DNA of 64,000 nucleotides from Escherichia phage PECP20, in the sequence record OQ873415.1, one strand, 5' to 3'. Made by a program: the position numbers and the translations under genes. Positions within the stretch are counted from its first letter, which is position 1. The number at the start of each line of letters is the position of its first letter. Shown piece after piece: positions 26,973-37,206 of this stretch. The notes beneath the pieces were generated by a model. That model was not told the origin of the DNA, ran no database searches, and worked only from the letters and a program-made list of their open reading frames with translations.

Positions 26973-27536
26973 TTACCATTCCAATGCTAATTTTTTAAAT
27001 TGTTTTTGTTCTTTCACATTTTTTGTAACTTCTTTGAGAAACTCATCAGTGACCATGGCCTTCAGTTCTTTAAGGACTATTGGCAGCTTGTTATTTTTTT
27101 CAAGGAGCCGTTTATACTCGGTGGCATCATTCATGTTGATTGTGTAATGTTTCATCAACAATTTGATAACTAGTAACTCTGAAGTGTCTTCGACTAGTTT
27201 AGCCCATTTAGAGAATCGACGACCACGCGGAATTGCCGCCATCATATAGTTGAAGTGCGCTTCATCACTTAATTCAGAACCGACTAAGTTCATCATGTAA
27301 ACAGCTGGCATACATTCCGGGAACTGGGATAATGAGTTCTCAACCATAAATTTTGAGTAGTCGACCTGAGCAATTGACATAGATTTCTTTTCATTAATAG
27401 CATTAACGATTTTAAAGAATTCATTCTCAGGTTTTTCTTTAAACATATCAGCACATTTTTGAATCGCATCAGCGTCATTAGACTTCCATGCAATTTGGTG
27501 CTCGTTAAGCTGGACGTCATCATCGAATAAGTTCAT
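26973..27536 (-). CDS. 62: clamp loader subunit gp62
   Basis: 187 aa; position and length as T4 gp62. Confidence 0.9.
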   Translation of the reverse strand: MNLFDDDVQLNEHQIAWKSNDADAIQKCADMFKEKPENEFFKIVNAINEKKSMSIAQVDYSKFMVENSLSQFPECMPAVYMMNLVGSELSDEAHFNYMMAAIPRGRRFSKWAKLVEDTSELLVIKLLMKHYTINMNDATEYKRLLEKNNKLPIVLKELKAMVTDEFLKEVTKNVKEQKQFKKLALEW

Positions 27537-27537
27537 A

Positions 27538-28500
27538 TTATTTCCAAGTCAGTTCGCAGGTCAGTTGAAGAAGCATATACATAACATGTAATTCAATATT
27601 ACTTGCTAGTCCATGAAACTTATTATTTTCGCCTGCAATTTCGTAAAGCGAAATAATACTTTTACCAGGTGCAACTTGGTCATAACATTCTGAAACTAAT
27701 TTATCGATGAACCATGAATAATCTGCAGCATATTTTGGAGCTAATGCACGAAGTTGTTTGATATCTTTGTTCTTCATTGCTTCGATAACATCAGAGACTG
27801 TGCCACGATCATTGGTTACAATCGACAAAATACCCGCATCAAGAACACCTTTAGACGAGTACTGGTCTAATTGACCAATTGTACGACGAAAGTCTGGGAA
27901 GTTCTTTTTAACCAGAGCTGCAACAACTTTCATATCAGCGATTTCGATATTTTCGTTCTTACAGATTTCAACCATGCGATGAATCATTTTCTTCATCATT
28001 GAGATTTTATCTTCTTCAGTCGGACGACCGAATTCGATAACTCGACAACGGCTACGTAATGGTTCAATAATTCCATCAATATTGTTAGCAGTGATAATAA
28101 TAGAGCAGTTACTAGAGAATTCTTCCATAAACGTACGAAGGTGACGTTGTGATTCGGCAAGGCCACTACGGTCAAATTCATCAATAACAATAACTTTCGG
28201 CTTGCCTTCCATTGAGACTGAACGAGCGAATGCAGTTAACGGACCACGCACAAAATCAATTTTACAATCAGAACCGTTGACGAACATCATTTCAGCGTTG
28301 ATATCGTTACATAATGCTTTTGCTACGGTTGTTTTACCGGTACCAGGAGATGGAGAGTGTAAAATAATATGAGGAAGTTTTCCTTTAGTAACCAAAGACT
28401 TGAATGTTTCATGGTCGTAGGCAGGCAGAATACATTCGTCAATGGATGAAGGACGATATTTCTGTTCTAGAATGTGTTCTTTGGAATTGATAGTAATCAT
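27538..28500 (-). CDS. 44: clamp loader ATPase gp44 (AAA+)
   Basis: 320 aa; Walker [11 protein letters not shown]; near-colinear with T4 gp44. Confidence 0.95.
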   Translation of the reverse strand: MITINSKEHILEQKYRPSSIDECILPAYDHETFKSLVTKGKLPHIILHSPSPGTGKTTVAKALCNDINAEMMFVNGSDCKIDFVRGPLTAFARSVSMEGKPKVIVIDEFDRSGLAESQRHLRTFMEEFSSNCSIIITANNIDGIIEPLRSRCRVIEFGRPTEEDKISMMKKMIHRMVEICKNENIEIADMKVVAALVKKNFPDFRRTIGQLDQYSSKGVLDAGILSIVTNDRGTVSDVIEAMKNKDIKQLRALAPKYAADYSWFIDKLVSECYDQVAPGKSIISLYEIAGENNKFHGLASNIELHVMYMLLQLTCELTWK

Positions 28501-28575
28501 GTAATTTTCCTCATTATCATTAATCTGGAGGATTTCTCCTCCATAATCGTACTACATTAAACGTAAAGCTTTGTC

Positions 28576-29262
28576 TTAGAAGTCGTGAGTAGAATCGGCT
28601 TCCATTGCAATAACATAACTTACTTGAGAGCTTTCAAACTTGGCTGCAACTTTATCACCAGCTCCCCACAACATTACTTTATAGTTACCTGGCTGGATTT
28701 TCATATTAGCCATATTGATTACGAAGTTAAAGTTGTTAGAACCGTCATAATCGGTAAGAGTCAAAGAATACTTAGGACGAGTTAGTCCAGAATCTTCAAC
28801 TTTATTGTAACCATTGATAACAATTTTACCATCTTTATTTGTAATAGCAATTGTATCAATCTGGAGACCACGTGAAACTCGAAGCAATTGTTGAAGGTCT
28901 TCAGCTTTAATTTCAGTAATCACAGAAGCCACCGGGAATTGAATTGGCTTATTAGGAAAAACAATAGTGCTCTTGTCGGCAGCAGGCCAATAAACTGTGG
29001 AACGTGTATCTGCAATTTTAATATTGCCATCGGTGTGCATTGAAATTTCAGCATCATCAGACACTAGACTCAAAATGCTTAAGAAGCTATTCAAATCATA
29101 AAGTGCTACGTCAAAATCAATTTCATCAGAGATATTTGCTTCCGCATAAGTGGTGCCATTAACTGCACGGGTCATAATAAATTTACCTTGACTCAGCAGA
29201 ATACCGGAGTTAATAGAGGCAAAGTTTTTCAGAATAGCGATAGTATCTTTAGACAGTTTCAT
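28576..29262 (-). CDS. 45: sliding clamp gp45
   Basis: Start set at MKLSKD ATG (29262), 228 aa, matching T4 gp45; track start 29277. Confidence 0.95.
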   Translation of the reverse strand: MKLSKDTIAILKNFASINSGILLSQGKFIMTRAVNGTTYAEANISDEIDFDVALYDLNSFLSILSLVSDDAEISMHTDGNIKIADTRSTVYWPAADKSTIVFPNKPIQFPVASVITEIKAEDLQQLLRVSRGLQIDTIAITNKDGKIVINGYNKVEDSGLTRPKYSLTLTDYDGSNNFNFVINMANMKIQPGNYKVMLWGAGDKVAAKFESSQVSYVIAMEADSTHDF

Positions 29263-29304
29263 TTTATTTCCTTTCAAGACAATTCAAAGTTTATAACAAA
29301 TTTA

Positions 29305-29721
29305 TTATGCAGCAACCATCTGCTTTTTAATAGCTTCAGGCAGTGATTCAATATATTCTGGAATTTTAGAAGCAACAATTTCGCCGGCTGCAATTAATTG
29401 TTCGTCGGCATCAACACAGTAGAAATCTTCCAGACGCTCAGAACCGTCTTTATCAAGAACGATTTTTCCACCTGCTTCAATAGAATCTTTATAGTGCTTA
29501 CGCATCAGATGAATCCACATATCAGATACATCGTTATCAATAAAACCATAAATCATAAAACGAGTTTCTTGTGGCAAAGATTGAAGCTTTTTAGCACTTG
29601 CGTCATCACAATGCAGGACCCATGCTTTACGAACACGATTATGGTTATGCGGGTTAGCGTCAGTACGGATAGAAGTAACTTTCAGATCAGCAGCAGTGAA
29701 ACCTTTAGCAGTAGTAAACAT
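29305..29721 (-). CDS. rpbA: RNA polymerase-binding protein RpbA-like
   Basis: 138 aa ORF between 45 and 46 as T4 rpbA; assignment by synteny. Confidence 0.5.
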   Translation of the reverse strand: MFTTAKGFTAADLKVTSIRTDANPHNHNRVRKAWVLHCDDASAKKLQSLPQETRFMIYGFIDNDVSDMWIHLMRKHYKDSIEAGGKIVLDKDGSERLEDFYCVDADEQLIAAGEIVASKIPEYIESLPEAIKKQMVAA

Positions 29722-29733
29722 ATTATTTCTCTC

Positions 29734-29922
29734 TTATTCGTAGAAGTCAGTAACTGTCCATGCGGAATTGCGATTAGACATTATTTTATTATACTCATCT
29801 TTAAAAGCAGATTTGAGCATTTGTTCAGTAACAATATGTTCTTCACCTGAAAACGTATTGGTCAAAACATATTTTTTAATTTCAGGGACAACGAGAAGAT
29901 GTTGTCCGGTTGAATACTCCAT
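29734..29922 (-). CDS. hypothetical protein (45.2 position)
   Basis: Start set at second in-frame ATG (29922), which has GGAG 8 nt upstream; track start 29934. Confidence 0.45.
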   Translation of the reverse strand: MEYSTGQHLLVVPEIKKYVLTNTFSGEEHIVTEQMLKSAFKDEYNKIMSNRNSAWTVTDFYE

Positions 29923-29949
29923 GTTGTTCTCCATTTAATTTGATGTGGT

Positions 29950-29974
29950 CATTATAACCACATCGTGTTAAAGC
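29950..29974 (-). promoter_or_regulatory. candidate MotA-dependent middle promoter (CGCTTTA box, 12-nt spacer, TATAAT)
   Basis: TATAAT lies inside an 8-bp-arm palindrome gatgtggt...accacatc. Confidence 0.35.
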
Positions 29975-29976
29975 GT

Positions 29977-31665
29977 TTATGAAACAGTCATCACAGTAAA
30001 TCGTCCAACTTTGCTCATTTGAAGATGTTGTCCATAAGCTTGTGGGTCATGGTCTCTGTGACTAATTATAAACACGTTTGCATCGGTTAGAGAGTTAAGA
30101 ATTGTTGAAATAGCTTTAATACCTTCAGAATCAGTCGCGGAATCCATGACTTCGTCCATAATTAATGTATTGATTCTAACACCAGAGACTTTTTCAGCAA
30201 TATCTCGCCATGTAAACAACAATGCGATATCGATACGTGCCTTTTCACCTTGACTAAATGAAGCATAACTGAACTCTTCACGGCCACGTGATTTTATAGA
30301 TTCATTGAATTCTTCATCAATAGAAAACACGTAATCGGCTTCCATGATTTTAAGATAATGGTTAATCTGCTTGTTGAACAGAGGCACATATTTTTTAATG
30401 ATAGCACCTTTAATACCAGAATCTTTTAACATATCTGTGATAATACCACGATGGTATTTTTCAAGAACGATATCTGATTTTGTTTTAATGATTTTATCAA
30501 GTTCTTTTTGAAGCAAAGCTATCTCATCGGCATGGTCGATAAATTCTGCCGAGGCTTGCTCTATTGCAGCTTTAACTTTCTTAGCTTTATCAATAGTGGC
30601 AATCATTGCTTGTTTCTTGGTACGAATATCAGATGCAAGGTCCTGCTTAGTCTTAACATTAGCTCTATATTCGTCCACTAGGACACTCAGATTATCTCTG
30701 TGACAGGTAAGTTGCTCGAATGAGTGATTACATTCATGAAGCTTATCGGTAATCTTAGAGACAATAGGATCACCCTGGTGCAACTGTGATGCACAAGTAG
30801 GACATGTACCGCCATCATGATACATCTTAATAACTTTGTTATATGAGTCAATTTTAGATTTAATCAAGAATGCTTCTTGTCCTATCTTGTTGAATGCCTC
30901 AGTAGGGTCTTCGTCAAGAACGATATTAAGTAGACGCTCATTGGCTTCTTCAATTTCTGCTTTTAATGAACGAGCTTCTTTGGCTAGGTCGTCATACATA
31001 TTCTGTAGACGTGCTACATTATCGCCAGATAATTTCTTTTGGCGTTCGATATTCTCGTTATAAATCTTAATTTGTTGGATAACACCATCTTTCTTGGCAT
31101 CGAGAACTTGTCCCTGGGAATTAAGTTCTCGAACTTGAGACTTATTGATTTTATCCATTTCAGCGAGTGTTCCAACTTCTAATAAGTCTTCAACAAGCTT
31201 TCTGCGAGCAGGGGTGCTAAGAGCCATGAAAGGGGTATACCCTGCCGTCCCAAGCACAACGATCTGTTTAAAAGACGCGTATGACATTCCGATGCTACGT
31301 TCAAATTCTTCTTGGAAGTCACGACTGCTGGCAGATTCATCAAGACGAACACCGCCAACGGAGATTTCGAAAATATTGGGCTTTTGGCCACGTTTAATGA
31401 AGTATTTTTTATCATCAAATTCCATCCAAAGCTCAACTAAGAGCTCTTTCTTGTTCGTGCTATTAATGATTTGTCCTTTCTTAACATCACGAAATGGTTT
31501 ACCGAAAAGTCCGAAAGTAATGGCTTCTAACATCGTAGATTTACCACCGCCATTTTTACCAGTGATTAATGTCTTTTGGACTTTATCTAATTGGATATCA
31601 ATAGGATTCCCACCTACCGACATGATGTTTTGATAACGAACACGATTTAATTTAAATGATTTCAT
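29977..31665 (-). CDS. 46: recombination nuclease subunit gp46 (SbcC/Rad50-like ATPase)
   Basis: 562 aa; N-terminal Walker A GKNGGGKST; near-colinear with T4 gp46. Confidence 0.9.
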   Translation of the reverse strand: MKSFKLNRVRYQNIMSVGGNPIDIQLDKVQKTLITGKNGGGKSTMLEAITFGLFGKPFRDVKKGQIINSTNKKELLVELWMEFDDKKYFIKRGQKPNIFEISVGGVRLDESASSRDFQEEFERSIGMSYASFKQIVVLGTAGYTPFMALSTPARRKLVEDLLEVGTLAEMDKINKSQVRELNSQGQVLDAKKDGVIQQIKIYNENIERQKKLSGDNVARLQNMYDDLAKEARSLKAEIEEANERLLNIVLDEDPTEAFNKIGQEAFLIKSKIDSYNKVIKMYHDGGTCPTCASQLHQGDPIVSKITDKLHECNHSFEQLTCHRDNLSVLVDEYRANVKTKQDLASDIRTKKQAMIATIDKAKKVKAAIEQASAEFIDHADEIALLQKELDKIIKTKSDIVLEKYHRGIITDMLKDSGIKGAIIKKYVPLFNKQINHYLKIMEADYVFSIDEEFNESIKSRGREEFSYASFSQGEKARIDIALLFTWRDIAEKVSGVRINTLIMDEVMDSATDSEGIKAISTILNSLTDANVFIISHRDHDPQAYGQHLQMSKVGRFTVMTVS

Positions 31666-31916
31666 ATGTATTCTCTTCGAATGAAGTCCTCTACATATTT
31701 TAACATGTCATTTCTATCAGCAAAATATTCATCTAGTTCTGCATACATAACAACACCTGGTGCGTACTCACAGGTAACATACATTGTTCCAAAGAAACGA
31801 GGAGTTGATTCCTCGTAATTCTCAGTCCATTCAACGATACCAATATAACCGTCGCCAATACTAAATTCGTGACGATGGATTTCATAGTCAGTCTTCGTCA
31901 TTATACGCATCCTCAA
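31662..31916 (-). CDS. hypothetical protein (46.1 position)
   Basis: 84 aa ORF, 4-nt overlap with gene 46. Confidence 0.55.
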   Translation of the reverse strand: MRMRIMTKTDYEIHRHEFSIGDGYIGIVEWTENYEESTPRFFGTMYVTCEYAPGVVMYAELDEYFADRNDMLKYVEDFIRREYI

Positions 31917-32145
31917 TACACGCTTCAGCCATTTTAAGAATAGAGCCAGGAGTATCGTTGTCCATTATATTAAAGCTAAATTCAATAGCCCAGTCGGTGC
32001 AGACATGAACTGCTTTAACTTCATTGCCTTCAACGCGTAATGGCTCAATCCAATACTTGATAGTGTTCTCGAATCCATCATCATCTTTAACGTCTATTTC
32101 AACTTCAAGCCCGAGCCCAGCATTATTAAATTCATCTAAAGTCAT
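31888..32145 (-). CDS. hypothetical protein (46.2 position)
   Basis: 85 aa acidic ORF. Confidence 0.55.
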   Translation of the reverse strand: MTLDEFNNAGLGLEVEIDVKDDDGFENTIKYWIEPLRVEGNEVKAVHVCTDWAIEFSFNIMDNDTPGSILKMAEACIEDAYNDED

Positions 32146-33161
32146 TGTGTTGCCTCAATATAAAGTTCGTTGGAATATTTGACCAGCGCTTCTCTGTCTT
32201 CGTCTGAGATATCTGGAATCGCGTCAATATATTCTTTAATGATATCTTGAAGTGATTTAATCTCGATTTCCTGGTCGTCATCAGATTCAACACTGTTATC
32301 AACTTTAGAAACCATACGAAGAGAGTGAACTACTTTTTCAAGTTCAGATTCAAACTTAGTCAACTCTGAATCAATTTCTGATACTATAACACGTACGGCT
32401 AGATTAGTATAATCAGAATAATTGATTTTGCCTTTAAATGGATAAGTGATTCGTCGATGCCATGTTGTTTCATTAGGAATAAATTCCATACGTTCAACAT
32501 CAGTGTCAAATACCCAGAATCCACGTGGGTCGTTCTCGTCACCTGCAGTAAGGGTCCATGGTGTCCCAATATATTTGACGTTAGCAGCTTCAGAGATTGT
32601 GTGGAAGTGGCCGGACCAGACTTGTTTATAGGTCTTTAAGAAATCAGGTTCAAGCCCATGGGACTTCATTCCTTTATAGAAATAAAAGCCGTTCAGTTCC
32701 CAGTGACCAACACAATACGCAGCAGAAGAAGTCTTGATGTGCTCTAAGATTTCACCTGTATTTTCTTCACACATCCATGGAACGATATCAATCAGACATC
32801 CGTCAAAATCTACAGTAGTTGGATGCTCGTAAATAGTAAAGTTTTCAAATTGAGTTAACAATTCAGAAACAGTGTTAGGTGTTATTGTATTCTTAAACGC
32901 CATGTCATGGTTTCCTATCGTGACATGAACGTGAATGCCTGCTTTAGAAATCATATCAACGATTTCACGATTGAATTCCATTGTACGATGTGTTATTGCT
33001 TTACGGACGTCAAACCAATCACCGTACTGAATCCAAGTTTTAATCCCGTGTTTCTTAGAGTATTCAATTGCTTGTCGAATACCATCACGTTGAATATCTT
33101 GAACCCATGGGTCGTCTTGTTTGACTCCGATATGGAAGTCGCCTAAGTGCAAAATTTTCAT
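32142..33161 (-). CDS. 47: recombination nuclease subunit gp47 (SbcD/Mre11-like phosphoesterase)
   Basis: 339 aa; MKILHLGDFHIG calcineurin-like motifs. Confidence 0.9.
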   Translation of the reverse strand: MKILHLGDFHIGVKQDDPWVQDIQRDGIRQAIEYSKKHGIKTWIQYGDWFDVRKAITHRTMEFNREIVDMISKAGIHVHVTIGNHDMAFKNTITPNTVSELLTQFENFTIYEHPTTVDFDGCLIDIVPWMCEENTGEILEHIKTSSAAYCVGHWELNGFYFYKGMKSHGLEPDFLKTYKQVWSGHFHTISEAANVKYIGTPWTLTAGDENDPRGFWVFDTDVERMEFIPNETTWHRRITYPFKGKINYSDYTNLAVRVIVSEIDSELTKFESELEKVVHSLRMVSKVDNSVESDDDQEIEIKSLQDIIKEYIDAIPDISDEDREALVKYSNELYIEATQ

Positions 33162-33212
33162 ATTATTTCCTCATTAGTTAATTCATTCTATCATCCGTTT
33201 ATAAAGCAAAAA

Positions 33213-33232
33213 AGGAACTCCGAAGAGTTCCT
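33213..33232 (-). terminator. intrinsic terminator-like UUCG hairpin upstream of gene 47
   Basis: Minus RNA AGGAACUC-UUCG-GAGUUCCU followed by UUUUUUGCUUUAU. Confidence 0.5.
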
Positions 33233-33401
33233 ATCCACATAGTACACCGTACAGAGGCTCATTTGAACTTTTAAATCGAATGGGCTTGTACGTAATAGTT
33301 CCTTCGGCTTTAGCTTTATCATAAGACTCTTTAAAACGTCTCATTCTTTCTGCTTTGCCTTTACGGATTTTATCGAAATTTTCAGAAGTCGGGATGTTCG
33401 T
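33231..33401 (-). CDS. small hypothetical protein (about 57 aa)
   Basis: Hand-translated ORF (MTNIPTSENFDKIRKG...) ending at the hairpin; below track cutoff; coordinates approximate. Confidence 0.3.
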   Translation of the reverse strand, partial: TNIPTSENFDKIRKGKAERMRRFKESYDKAKAEGTITYKPIRFKSSNEPLYGVLCG

Positions 33402-33443
33402 CATGCATAAGCACCTCTCAGAAAATACCTAAATCGATTTCTC

Positions 33444-33665
33444 TCATCGTTTCCACCATTTCTTAACTTGAAATGAATCGACCCACACGAGTTGTTTTGG
33501 GTCTGCCTTTACAATAGGCGGACAAATTTCTGTAATAGAACCGTCGTGATATTCCTTTTCAGAAATTTTAACGCAAAGAGGACCACCCAATTTAACGGTG
33601 AACCCTGCGTTCAGCTTCAGACGTTTAAACTTTGTTTGAACTAGCGCCATTAATGATGTCCTCAA
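33444..33665 (-). CDS. hypothetical protein (73 aa)
   Basis: ORF; start uncertain. Confidence 0.45.
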   Translation of the reverse strand: MRTSLMALVQTKFKRLKLNAGFTVKLGGPLCVKISEKEYHDGSITEICPPIVKADPKQLVWVDSFQVKKWWKR

Positions 33666-33948
33666 TAGCCTGACGAGTAGTAACCCACTGGATTTTAATT
33701 AACTTGTCATTATACGGTTGTCGTAGAATATCCCGAGATTTCTTAATAGCATATTCGTAAGCTTCGAAGTTGTTTTGAATTGCTGCTTCTTGAGCATGTG
33801 CATAAAGACGGTTTAGTTCAAAACGATTCTTTTTAAGAATCTTTTCGGATTTTTTACGTGCTTCAGCTTCATTTTTCTTTTGGATTTCTTGTAGCATTTT
33901 AGCTACTGCATCTTCTGCTTCTTTATTTTCAATAATCTCGGTAGTCAT
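33625..33948 (-). CDS. hypothetical protein (107 aa)
   Basis: ORF; charged, helical-looking. Confidence 0.55.
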   Translation of the reverse strand: MTTEIIENKEAEDAVAKMLQEIQKKNEAEARKKSEKILKKNRFELNRLYAHAQEAAIQNNFEAYEYAIKKSRDILRQPYNDKLIKIQWVTTRQAIEDIINGASSNKV

Positions 33949-33949
33949 A

Positions 33950-34165
33950 TTATCTCATTAAATTAAAATAAAAACGTCCATCCTCTTCAATACAGAACTC
34001 GTACTCAACTGGAGTCCCATTTATCGAAAATGACACGTCATGTGGGTTCAAAGGGTCGATGTCAAAATTAATTTTAAATTCACGACCCAACAGTTTTACC
34101 AAATAAGGGATTGCTTCGTCAAAAGGTTCTTCTAAGTAGTTAGAGATGTCAATTGTCATCCTCAT
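33950..34165 (-). CDS. hypothetical protein
   Basis: Internal ATG start chosen to limit overlap with gene 55 3' end. Confidence 0.45.
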   Translation of the reverse strand: MRMTIDISNYLEEPFDEAIPYLVKLLGREFKINFDIDPLNPHDVSFSINGTPVEYEFCIEEDGRFYFNLMR

Positions 34166-34706
34166 ATAAAAAATCCAAACTAGGCGAATCGCTAACAACT
34201 TCCTTCTTTTCAGCCCCAGGAGCTTTATAAGCGGATTCTTCATAATGCGTCATTTTATCGTAGATGTCTTGAATAAACGTTTCATCTACCAACGCTACCA
34301 TATCATCGTCATGACTGTCGTAGACATTATGAACGAAGTAACTATATTTCTTTGCAACTTCCTTACGTTCTTTTTTGATACGTTGGACAAAAGCATTAAA
34401 ACAAGCTCGAGTTATGTATGCATGTGGGTTATTGTACTTAGTTTCGTCGAAATTATGAAGTCCCTTAATAGAGGCTTCAATCCCATCTGCAATCATCTCC
34501 TGCTTCCAAGACTGGGTATATCCTGAAAAGTTGAAACGTTTGGACAGGCCTTCGGCGATAAGCATAATTGCTAAACCGATGGTATCATTCTGACGAATAA
34601 TTTTGTTTGGGTCTTTATTATTTAAGAGCTCCTTTTTCCACTCGATTATAGCAGCGAGAAGCTCTTTATTATTCACATAGTTATTTTTAGGTTTTTGTTC
34701 AGTCAT
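34149..34706 (-). CDS. 55: late-transcription sigma factor gp55
   Basis: Near-identical to T4 gp55 as recalled ([11 protein letters not shown]...); ATG at 34706 gives 185 aa; track start 34724 is a TTG. Confidence 0.95.
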   Translation of the reverse strand: MTEQKPKNNYVNNKELLAAIIEWKKELLNNKDPNKIIRQNDTIGLAIMLIAEGLSKRFNFSGYTQSWKQEMIADGIEASIKGLHNFDETKYNNPHAYITRACFNAFVQRIKKERKEVAKKYSYFVHNVYDSHDDDMVALVDETFIQDIYDKMTHYEESAYKAPGAEKKEVVSDSPSLDFLYEDDN

Positions 34707-34778
34707 AAGTACCTCTTGGCTCAATTCATAGGTCTATTATATCATAATATTTAGAGACCTATCTTAAAGCACGAGATA

Positions 34779-35048
34779 CTATCGGAGCAAACAATAAGCC
34801 TGAAACACTTTTTCCATTAAACGTTTGAACTCATGGATATCGATATAAAGCTCAGTAAGACCGGCATTATAAAGAAAATCTAAAAAGTTCTCATGTGTTT
34901 CGTTATAGTCGCCTTCGTTTAATTGAGATACATGAGTTTCCCAAAAACCGACACCTTTAACAAATGGAAAATACGTAACTTTCATAAAGTTGTCGACGTA
35001 AAATTCGCCCAGCTTTTCTTCAGTTATACTGATTCGAGTTAATTTCAT
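34779..35048 (-). CDS. hypothetical protein (89 aa)
   Basis: ORF in small-gene chain. Confidence 0.5.
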   Translation of the reverse strand: MKLTRISITEEKLGEFYVDNFMKVTYFPFVKGVGFWETHVSQLNEGDYNETHENFLDFLYNAGLTELYIDIHEFKRLMEKVFQAYCLLR

Positions 35049-35272
35049 TCTAGTTCCTTTGCTGCAAATAAGGCAGCATCCAATGAATCAAATTGGTCAA
35101 CGAAATCAATATTCAACGCATCGTCAACCGTAGCATATAGCCACCATTGTTTGAATTCGTATTCTAGAATAAATCCAGGACCTTCGATCTGAGGAAGACC
35201 TAGACTATTTGTACCAACTTCGTAACCAGCTAGACGCAGGTCATTAATCAAAGTTTCTGTTAATACGCTCAT
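35045..35272 (-). CDS. hypothetical protein (75 aa)
   Basis: ORF; 4-nt overlap coupling. Confidence 0.5.
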   Translation of the reverse strand: MSVLTETLINDLRLAGYEVGTNSLGLPQIEGPGFILEYEFKQWWLYATVDDALNIDFVDQFDSLDAALFAAKELE

Positions 35273-35649
35273 TTTACCGCCTTAACAATTTTAAGGTCAA
35301 CGAATTTTTTCTTACGTTGATTTTTCATACGACGGATAGTCTTTTCAGAGATTTCATGTTTCTGATAAGCTTTAGATTCAACACCAAATGCAGCAACGTC
35401 AAATTCAGAAAGAATATATTGTACTAGAATTTCACGAATAGAATTACGTCCAATTTTCTGGTCGTGTTTTTGCATGATTTCATAAAGACGGAATTCCCAC
35501 GCGTCAAGAACTTGAGGAGTAACAATATTGCCGGATTCCAGAAGAGCAACAACTTTATCGAAAGCGAAAGAATTAACTACGTTTTTGATTTTAGTAGACA
35601 TATTATTTTCCTCGGTTATTTTATTATCCAACGAGAGAATTATACTCAT
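35269..35649 (-). CDS. hypothetical protein (126 aa)
   Basis: ORF; 4-nt overlap coupling. Confidence 0.55.
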   Translation of the reverse strand: MSIILSLDNKITEENNMSTKIKNVVNSFAFDKVVALLESGNIVTPQVLDAWEFRLYEIMQKHDQKIGRNSIREILVQYILSEFDVAAFGVESKAYQKHEISEKTIRRMKNQRKKKFVDLKIVKAVK

Positions 35650-35667
35650 CTCTCAAGAGTTTGTATA

Positions 35668-35907
35668 TTATTTTTTAAGCATGAAAAGTAAGTAATTTGT
35701 ATCACGTGGAGTAATATCAACACCCATATCAAAGATGCCTTTATAGATTGGGTATTTGTTTTCGGTTGTATCGAAGCTGAAACTATTTCCATCACAACTA
35801 ACAGTAATAGCATCTGTTAAAATGTCATACTCAATCCTAACAATTGAATTCCCAATTTTAACGTCGAGGTGTTTTTTGAATTTGATAAAATCTAATTCTT
35901 GGGCCAT
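35668..35907 (-). CDS. hypothetical protein (79 aa)
   Basis: ORF. Confidence 0.5.
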   Translation of the reverse strand: MAQELDFIKFKKHLDVKIGNSIVRIEYDILTDAITVSCDGNSFSFDTTENKYPIYKGIFDMGVDITPRDTNYLLFMLKK

Positions 35908-35970
35908 GATATTTTCCTCATTTTAAGACGATAGAAAGATAATAACATGTCTTCCTATCGTTGTACATTA

Positions 35971-36171
35971 TTAACCGAACTTTTTAGCGCCTTTCCAGCC
36001 TTCGTACATAGCTGCACAAGTCAATAGTACAGCGTGCTGGCATTCTTTGTATTTGTAAATCCAGAACCAGCGTAAGAAGTCTTCATCCTCAACGCCGTTG
36101 AGTTTCATATTGGCAAAGAATTCGGCACGTTCTTCACGAAGCTTTTGCGATAACATAGATTCAGGATTCAT
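35971..36171 (-). CDS. hypothetical protein
   Basis: ATG at 36171 forms ATGA overlap with upstream stop. Confidence 0.45.
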   Translation of the reverse strand: MNPESMLSQKLREERAEFFANMKLNGVEDEDFLRWFWIYKYKECQHAVLLTCAAMYEGWKGAKKFG

Positions 36172-36302
36172 TTTGTATTCCACGCCCCATTTTCATCGAT
36201 GAACTTAATCCAGTCATTTACAGACCATTTAGTTGTATCACCCTTTGGATTAACATTTAAAGTATATAATCCTTGCTTAAAAAGCATTCGTTTAATATTC
36301 AT
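36168..36302 (-). CDS. small hypothetical protein (44 aa)
   Basis: ATG at 36302 with GAGG upstream, directly after upstream stop; track ORF 36168..36395 would overlap upstream gene. Confidence 0.35.
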   Translation of the reverse strand: MNIKRMLFKQGLYTLNVNPKGDTTKWSVNDWIKFIDENGAWNTK

Positions 36303-36309
36303 AATTTCC

Positions 36310-36603
36310 TCAACTGTAACGATAACATTCGTTAGCTTTACGTTTGGCTTCAGTATGAGAAGTATTATAATCATACTCTTCTTTACTGTAAACATCTTTT
36401 TTCAACTTACGAACCTCTTTGCGGAGTTGTCGATTCATTTCATTCTTGACTTCAGAATCAACACCTTTCATACGTTTCCATTTATCTGAGCGGAAGATGT
36501 TTTCAACCATGTCTTTGTGGCTAACACCGTCAGGAGCTTTACGCTTACCAAAATAGTCGTAATCGCGAACTTTCAAATCTTTACGACGATATGTTTTACC
36601 CAT
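36310..36603 (-). CDS. hypothetical basic protein (97 aa)
   Basis: ATG at 36603 avoids overlap with 36611..36859; Lys/Arg-rich. Confidence 0.5.
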   Translation of the reverse strand: MGKTYRRKDLKVRDYDYFGKRKAPDGVSHKDMVENIFRSDKWKRMKGVDSEVKNEMNRQLRKEVRKLKKDVYSKEEYDYNTSHTEAKRKANECYRYS

Positions 36604-36610
36604 AAGTACC

Positions 36611-36859
36611 TCAGAGGTTGATTGATACAATGCGTTTGATAAAATTCACTTCACTTACTGAAAGGTCTTTAAGACCGATTGATTCTAAACGCTGAGTAAG
36701 CGTCAACATTGGGATATAGTCCCATTGAGTTTTAGACATTTGATAAGTACGAACGCCATTAGCAATTTCAACATGCAAATCTGAAATGGTAACGAATACC
36801 GGTCGCTCATCATTAACTTTAAGGGTTAGAACAACTTTCTTTGAATCTAAACTAATCAT
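36611..36859 (-). CDS. hypothetical protein (82 aa)
   Basis: ORF. Confidence 0.5.
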   Translation of the reverse strand: MISLDSKKVVLTLKVNDERPVFVTISDLHVEIANGVRTYQMSKTQWDYIPMLTLTQRLESIGLKDLSVSEVNFIKRIVSINL

Positions 36860-37134
36860 AGTTTAATTTCCTTCGCAATTGAACAGAAGATACTACGGTC
36901 ACAAAGCATTTCACCAATTTCTGGATATTTGATTGAACGGTACCAAACATCCAGGCTTGAAACTCTGGTTATCTGTACTGCATTACCGTTGACAGAATAG
37001 TACTGGTCAACCTTAATTTCTTTATCTTCAATTGTCATTTTGTTTTCCTCTATAGCAGATGGTTTAATCTTAACACATCTATCGAGGATGTAAACTGTTT
37101 TATGAAAAATATTTTTGATTTGAGAGGGGCGCAA
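36856..37134 (-). CDS. hypothetical protein (92 aa)
   Basis: ORF; 4-nt overlap. Confidence 0.5.
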   Translation of the reverse strand: MRPSQIKNIFHKTVYILDRCVKIKPSAIEENKMTIEDKEIKVDQYYSVNGNAVQITRVSSLDVWYRSIKYPEIGEMLCDRSIFCSIAKEIKL

Positions 37135-37187
37135 GGAGATAGTGAAGTGAAGATTCCAATGGATTATATTAGAAATAGGATAAAGAA

Positions 37188-37206
37188 GACCAGGCGCCGC
37201 CTGGTC
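37188..37206 (-). terminator. GC-rich hairpin terminator after glutaredoxin-like gene
   Basis: gaccagg-cgccg-cctggtc stem-loop overlapping the stop codon, followed on minus RNA by UUCUUUAUCC. Confidence 0.5.
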
